A DNA stretch of 20,000 nt from the IMG/VR virus record IMGVR_UViG_3300032220_001168. The stretch is one strand, 5' to 3'. Made by a program: the position numbers and the translations under genes. The notes beneath the pieces were generated by a model. That model was not told where the DNA came from. It saw only the letters and a program-made list of their open reading frames with translations, and ran no database searches. Positions 15,636 through 20,000 of this stretch are shown one piece after another. How positions within the stretch are numbered: the stretch's first letter is position 1; each line of letters opens with the position of its first letter. The stretch is from an uncultured virus (IMG/VR IMGVR_UViG_3300032220_001168) (lineage: Duplodnaviria > Heunggongvirae > Uroviricota > Caudoviricetes).

Positions 15636-16534
15636 GCAACGAATACTTCCACTCCTTTAATGGCCTGCTCAGTGGTGCCTTCGGCACAGATAGAACGAAG
15701 AGTGGCAATCTCCTGTGTCATGGCCGCCTTGGTAATCTTGATGCCTTTCTCCTTCACCCATGCCGATACCATTGCAATGATTGCATTGGCGAGCATATGA
15801 GCGTCTTTGAGATCGTCACCTTTGGAAAGGCCAAGGCTTTCCAAGGCAGTTTTGGCAGCTAAAAGACTTGCCCGCTCTTCTCCGTACTGAAGAGGATTGG
15901 CTTTGCAAAAGGCTGTGAGGGCTTCTTTGCCATTGAAGGCAACAGTCCCCGTTCCTCCAGTAGCAGGAATGCTTGTTGTAGCAGGCGACTTGTCCTGTTG
16001 CGATACCGCTGCTGGTTTCTTGCTCTCCTGTTGGAGGGGGAGTTTGGGCGCAGTTTGTACGTTGCCATCGTCAGCAGTGGGAATGTCTTCGCCGGAATAA
16101 AGCTTGAGACCAAGGCCCGTAAAAGTAGCAATACACTTGACACTGGCCCGTTGAATGTTGTCGCTCACTTGACGAGCATCAAGCTCCTTAACTGCATTGT
16201 GCTTGTTGTCCATCAATGGAAAGACCAACGCAGGAGTGCGACGGCAACCATCTGTAAGGTAGGCCCGCAGAATCCAGCAGCCAGTCTGGCCAAACACCGG
16301 CCACCCCATTGTGCTCTCCTCAAATGCCACGAACAACGTGGGAAATTGCTCCTTGAGGTAGCGGAAAGCAAAAGGCCAGGACAAATAGGAGAGTCCTTTG
16401 TAGTTTTTCTCAACGTGCTCGCCAATGGGCAGCATGTAAGCTTTGGTGAACTGTTCAGGGGTGATTTCCAGAGGGCTGAACAGACCATTCATGCGGTCAG
16501 ATAGAGCTAGTGATGCGGGGGAGGTAAGGTCCAT
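15623..16534 (-). CDS. DUF1071/Sak3-like single-strand annealing recombinase (303 aa)
   Basis: HVEK..KGLSYLSW..A...LK..FP, FPLMDNKHNAV, DARQVSDNIQRA.VKCIA...GLGL.LYSGED are Rad52-fold Sak-type motifs. Linker plus helical C-terminal domain. ATG 16534 preferred over the track start at 16690, which lies inside the upstream gene. Confidence 0.8.
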   Translation of the reverse strand: MDLTSPASLALSDRMNGLFSPLEITPEQFTKAYMLPIGEHVEKNYKGLSYLSWPFAFRYLKEQFPTLFVAFEESTMGWPVFGQTGCWILRAYLTDGCRRTPALVFPLMDNKHNAVKELDARQVSDNIQRASVKCIATFTGLGLKLYSGEDIPTADDGNVQTAPKLPLQQESKKPAAVSQQDKSPATTSIPATGGTGTVAFNGKEALTAFCKANPLQYGEERASLLAAKTALESLGLSKGDDLKDAHMLANAIIAMVSAWVKEKGIKITKAAMTQEIATLRSICAEGTTEQAIKGVEVFVAGKL

Positions 16535-16574
16535 GGGAAAAGAAAAGATGTCGGAAAAACAAGACTGGGTCACT

Positions 16575-16847
16575 TTACAATTCGGGAACAGAACTGTCCA
16601 GGTTTTGAATGAGGTCATACATGATGACCACTTTGTTGGTAATCTTCTCCTCGTGGTTGACAAGGCTATCGCCAGGCAACGGCCAATCACGAGTCACTCG
16701 CACGTCCGTAATGCCTTCAACGTGCTTCCAATCAAAACCTTCTTCCATGGCACCCTCCTCAAAACAGAGCACCACTTCCATGTCTTCATGGTCCATGACG
16801 TAGGCGCTTTGAAGGGCTTGAATCAGTTCAGAGATTTTCATAGTCAT
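16575..16847 (-). CDS. Hypothetical acidic protein (~90 aa)
   Basis: MTMKISELIQALQ...DMEVV is a common small-phage-protein N-terminus. Overlaps the upstream gene end. Confidence 0.6.
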   Translation of the reverse strand: MTMKISELIQALQSAYVMDHEDMEVVLCFEEGAMEEGFDWKHVEGITDVRVTRDWPLPGDSLVNHEEKITNKVVIMYDLIQNLDSSVPEL

Positions 16848-17076
16848 CAAGAGAAGTGGGGAGTTCGGGAGCGGTGTAGTCCACGCATAGGGACCAGGCC
16901 CCATTAGAAAGACTTGCGGAGCCTTCCCATATGGGAGTGGCGCGGATGAGGCGCTCTAACGCTTCGCTACGGGACAGCTTGGCTTCTGAAGCAATGCTGT
17001 CTAAGTGGTCAACGGCATCCTGCGTAAGCGTGAAATGCCTTTTGGTTTTGGGGCTGTCGTAACTGGATTTCGGCAT
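16828..17076 (-). CDS. Ribbon-helix-helix (CopG-like) DNA-binding protein (82 aa)
   Basis: KTKRHFTLTQDAVDHLDSIASEAKLSRSEALERLIR: beta-ribbon plus two helices with SRSE motif. GGGGAGG and TATTGT upstream. First gene of the - strand block. Confidence 0.8.
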   Translation of the reverse strand: MPKSSYDSPKTKRHFTLTQDAVDHLDSIASEAKLSRSEALERLIRATPIWEGSASLSNGAWSLCVDYTAPELPTSLDDYENL

Positions 17077-17139
17077 GCAGTGGCGCCGTGGTTCCTCCCC
17101 ACAATACCCGCAAGAAGCCTTCAAGCAACCCATTGGGCG

Positions 17140-17154
17140 ATAAGGATGCCTTAT
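17140..17154. promoter_or_regulatory. Inverted repeat in the divergent control region, candidate operator
   Basis: ATAAGG-ATG-CCTTAT perfect 6-3-6 palindrome near the middle of the 17077-17223 intergenic region. Confidence 0.4.
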
Positions 17155-17223
17155 AGCTACAGGGATTGCAGGAAACCACCTTGGATGCGATGATGCAAAG
17201 CGGCATACCACGTACCACCTTTC

Positions 17224-19197
17224 ATGTCGTTCTCGATCCTGGACTTTCTGGACCAACTGGAGCCCAGCAAGGAATCAGGCAAATACATCTGTCCCGCCTG
17301 CGGGAACAACGACTTTTCGGTTAACAAAAAGAACGGCGCCTACTCCTGCTGGCACGACCCATCCCCTGCGCACCGCGCCGAAGTGAGAAACGTGCTTGCT
17401 CCAATGGTGCGATGGGAAAAGCCGCCGAGGGAGGCCGGTGTCTATTCATTCCCATACAGGAACCAATCTGGGAGCGAAGTGGTGCTTGTTCACCGCGACG
17501 ACACTTCTGGCAGCAAGCGCATCTGGCAAGAATTTCCCACCATTGATCACAACGCCACTGGCCACAAGACGCAGCTCCAAGAGGTGAAGGCCAACATCCT
17601 TCCCTTTATGTATGAGGAGGCAATTGCCGAGAGCGCTAAAACCGGCTTGCCCATTGTCGTGGTCGAGGGTGAACTCACCTGCCAGGCCGTCTGGTCCATT
17701 GGTCTGCCCTCCGTCACCTTTCTGGGTGGCAGCAAGCAATACCGCACTAATGGCGACTACGCCAGCCTCTTCAAAAATCAGAAGCTAGTCCTGGCTCCCG
17801 ACAGGGATGAGCAGGGCGTTGCTTTCATGAAGGAAGTGGAGGCCGATAACCCTGGGGCACAGTGGCTTTATGCCGATCCGCGCTCTTGGGAATGGCAAAA
17901 CCTGCCCAGCGGCAACGGTCTGGATCTTGCTGACTACATTGCCGAAGGCGTCACTAAAGACGATCTACTTGCCTCCATCGTCTCCAAGGGAAAGCATTCC
18001 GGCAAGGATGGCAAGCCTGCCTACGAAGAAATCATCTCCACTGTTGAAAACTTCGTAGGGCTCTATGCCAATGATGCTCGCATCACCTACGAAACTGCCA
18101 ATTGGCTGGAGCTGCGTGGTGTGAAGATGAGCCAGGCCAACATCGACAAGATTATTGATGAAGCAAAGAGTCGCATTTATGGCAAGGAAGAAATTGAAAC
18201 CATTGATGCCCTCACCATTGCCAATGCCGATCAATGTAGGGAATGGTTAATTGCTGGCATCATGCCGCTTGGTAGCGTAATGCTCCTTGCTGCATCTGGC
18301 GGCACAGGCAAAAGCACCATTGTCTACAACTGGGCTCTCAACATTGCTCTGGGTCAACCATGGAGCGGAAGACGCTGCCACAAGGGCAAGAGCCTCATCA
18401 TTCAAAGTGACGAACCATTGGTGGACACCAGCGAAAAACTTGGTGTGATTGGCTTCAAGGATGCTGGTCTGGAAGCTGGATCTATTGCCTTCTGGGAGAA
18501 CTGGCGCTTTGGTCACATGAAGCAGCTTGAAGACTACGTGAGGAAGAACCGGCCAGCCTTTGTTGCCATTGACTCCCTCACTGCCTGTCTCGCTGGCATG
18601 GACGTGGACTTAGTGAAGAGTAATGCCGGTGACGTGATTTATGGTCTTCGGGATATTGCCAATCAATACAAATGCAGCATCATCATCTTGCACCATTTAA
18701 ACAAGAGTGGTGGCCTTCGAGATTCCACTAGTTTTGTTGACAACGTTAGTGAAGTGGTGAAGCTCACTCGCGCCGAAAACAATGGCGACCCAAACCAATT
18801 TGTTCTTGAATGGTTGAAGAGCAGGAGCGGCCTCACCGGTAAGCACGTATTGCAGCGCGACACGCTTTCTTACGGCTGGCGTTATGCGGGACCACAGGGA
18901 GGATCCCTAGAAGAGTTGGATCAAGTGGTGAACACTGTCAACATGCGCAAGACTGACCGACTCACAAAGCAGCAAGTGGCAGCCATGTCCGGCACTTGGG
19001 ACAACTCATCAACGGGCAAGATGCTGGAAGTGGCACGTAGGCAAGGTTTGATCACCAGTAGCTTTGCTAATGGTCCCAATGGAGAACAGCAACGGCTCTA
19101 TCACTCTTGGGAATACCAGGAGCCAGACTTTAGCTTTGACGATGAGCCGAAGGTTGAATTGGTAGCGATAACAGAGAATCCCGACGATTTCTTCTAA
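17224..19197 (+). CDS. Primase-helicase fusion (Zn finger, TOPRIM, RecA-like AAA_25/SF4-type helicase)
   Basis: CPACG...YSCW Zn finger; VVVEGE and DRDEQG TOPRIM motifs; Walker A ASGGTGKS; Walker B FVAIDSL; ILHHLNK; KSR; acidic C-terminal tail. Confidence 0.88.
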   Translation: MSFSILDFLDQLEPSKESGKYICPACGNNDFSVNKKNGAYSCWHDPSPAHRAEVRNVLAPMVRWEKPPREAGVYSFPYRNQSGSEVVLVHRDDTSGSKRIWQEFPTIDHNATGHKTQLQEVKANILPFMYEEAIAESAKTGLPIVVVEGELTCQAVWSIGLPSVTFLGGSKQYRTNGDYASLFKNQKLVLAPDRDEQGVAFMKEVEADNPGAQWLYADPRSWEWQNLPSGNGLDLADYIAEGVTKDDLLASIVSKGKHSGKDGKPAYEEIISTVENFVGLYANDARITYETANWLELRGVKMSQANIDKIIDEAKSRIYGKEEIETIDALTIANADQCREWLIAGIMPLGSVMLLAASGGTGKSTIVYNWALNIALGQPWSGRRCHKGKSLIIQSDEPLVDTSEKLGVIGFKDAGLEAGSIAFWENWRFGHMKQLEDYVRKNRPAFVAIDSLTACLAGMDVDLVKSNAGDVIYGLRDIANQYKCSIIILHHLNKSGGLRDSTSFVDNVSEVVKLTRAENNGDPNQFVLEWLKSRSGLTGKHVLQRDTLSYGWRYAGPQGGSLEELDQVVNTVNMRKTDRLTKQQVAAMSGTWDNSSTGKMLEVARRQGLITSSFANGPNGEQQRLYHSWEYQEPDFSFDDEPKVELVAITENPDDFF

Positions 19198-19222
19198 ACT
19201 ATAGGCAGTTGTAATAACTGCC

Positions 19223-19483
19223 ATGATCATCTGGGACAAAAATTTTGGAAATAATAAGAAGGAGGAGTCCATCGAGGCTCCTTTTTCTGTGGAAGAAATT
19301 GTGCAAACAGTTTCACCGTCAGAGACGGTTTCAGCAACTGCTGAAAGGGTGATCGTTGACTTTAGTGACGAGCCTGAGCAGGCTGAAGACGCTGTTGTCG
19401 ACATCGATGACGAGCCTGAGCAAGAAGAGAACGCTCCGGCTGCTAGCCCGTTGTCCGGCAAGGGCTTCGGCTGGTCCTCATAG
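19223..19483 (+). CDS. Hypothetical, highly acidic and likely disordered protein (86 aa)
   Basis: E/D-rich with a duplicated VD(F/I)xDEPEQ motif (GACGAGCCTGAGCA occurs twice). TAAACT 22 nt upstream. Confidence 0.65.
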   Translation: MIIWDKNFGNNKKEESIEAPFSVEEIVQTVSPSETVSATAERVIVDFSDEPEQAEDAVVDIDDEPEQEENAPAASPLSGKGFGWSS

Positions 19484-19516
19484 ACCAGTTGCTGAATTGG
19501 CACATTTGAGCTTGGT

Positions 19517-19546
19517 GGGGGTGCGTAGAGTCGTCCCGTTCTTTTT
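19517..19546 (+). terminator. Weak intrinsic terminator candidate
   Basis: GGG-T-GCG/TAGAGT/CGT-CCC imperfect stem followed by GTTCTTTTT. Confidence 0.3.
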
Positions 19547-19680
19547 CATCGTTCCAGCTCTTCGGCATCCTTCGCCAGAGCGCCGTTCGCGAGGGTAGGC
19601 CCCCAAGGCCGTCATTCGATTGGCGCTCTTTACAATTCCCCTCTTCTTCTCTATATTGGCTACGACATCAACGTCGTCCA

Positions 19681-19920
19681 ATGCCTACCGCTCCACCAAA
19701 CCCCGACCAGCTTCCTTCCATTGATCACAACGGAACGCTTGTGGAGGTGCTTCAGCACCATGGATATTCCACGCCAGATCGTGGGCCAAGGCCTTTGTCG
19801 CGAATCCTGTATGGTGTTCGTGACAAGAAAGGCGAACGTCACTGGCGATCCTCCTTGCATGAAATCACCAGTTTGATTGACCACGGCTTCAAGACCACTG
19901 CTGTTGCTTCTGGAGTTTGA
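19681..19920 (+). CDS. Hypothetical phage protein (79 aa)
   Basis: ATG ORF with TATATT 23 nt upstream; the next ATG follows 2 nt after its stop. Confidence 0.6.
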   Translation: MPTAPPNPDQLPSIDHNGTLVEVLQHHGYSTPDRGPRPLSRILYGVRDKKGERHWRSSLHEITSLIDHGFKTTAVASGV

Positions 19921-19922
19921 CG

Positions 19923-20000
19923 ATGGAAGAAATTAATGAGCTGATTGAAAAGCTTTCTGTGATTAAAGCAGCACAGAAAGTTTACGCAGAGAAGGAAACC
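19923..20000 (+). CDS. Hypothetical helical protein, 3' truncated
   Basis: MEEINELIEKLSVIKAAQKVYAEKET... open to the window end. GGAG RBS upstream. Confidence 0.55.
   Translation, partial: MEEINELIEKLSVIKAAQKVYAEKET

Noticed and set aside
16535..16690. N-terminal 52-aa extension of the annealing protein in the ORF track
   Set aside because: Overlaps the upstream gene in another frame. ATG 16534 follows a pyrimidine-rich gap and is the more plausible start.
17077..17256. N-terminal extension of the RHH ORF
   Set aside because: Runs across the divergent control region into the primase gene. SD-like and -10-like signals support ATG 17076.
19557..19629. tRNA, HDV-like/theta ribozyme or glutamine riboswitch
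   Set aside because: No cloverleaf or T-loop arrangement, no P3/P1.1 core and no complete glnA-type consensus. Kept only as an unassigned structure.

Overview
This is a 20-kb fragment of a tailed dsDNA phage genome, most likely a cyanophage. That host call is inferred from cyanobacterial-type ThyX and Dcd-like genes, a cyanophage-type C39 peptidase endolysin and cyanophage-like small proteins. Layout: (i) + strand structural/tail accessory genes at ~1-8780, including an 815-aa beta-rich fibre/spike-like protein and a 752-aa protein built from 22-aa repeats; (ii) a - strand lysis cassette at ~8840-10330; (iii) a lone + strand HNH endonuclease; (iv) a long - strand nucleotide metabolism/recombination block at ~10880-17080 (DUF3310 kinase-like, ThyX, PD-(D/E)XK nuclease, Dcd-like, SSB-like, exonuclease, four coupled micro-ORFs, DUF1071/Sak3-like annealing protein, RHH regulator); (v) a divergent + strand primase-helicase followed by small ORFs. 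Main observations: a G_GGA_AAG -1 slippery site just before the annealing-protein stop that would append a 38-aa tail resembling the cyanobacterial DnaX (tau) C-terminal motif; a Dcd-like enzyme whose catalytic Glu appears replaced by Ser; recurring TAnnnT -10 boxes ~21-25 nt before start codons; several ORFs under 50 aa missed by the ORF track; and a candidate structured RNA at ~19557-19629. No tRNA, rRNA, CRISPR array, integrase or reverse transcriptase was seen. All family assignments come from motif recognition, not database searches.
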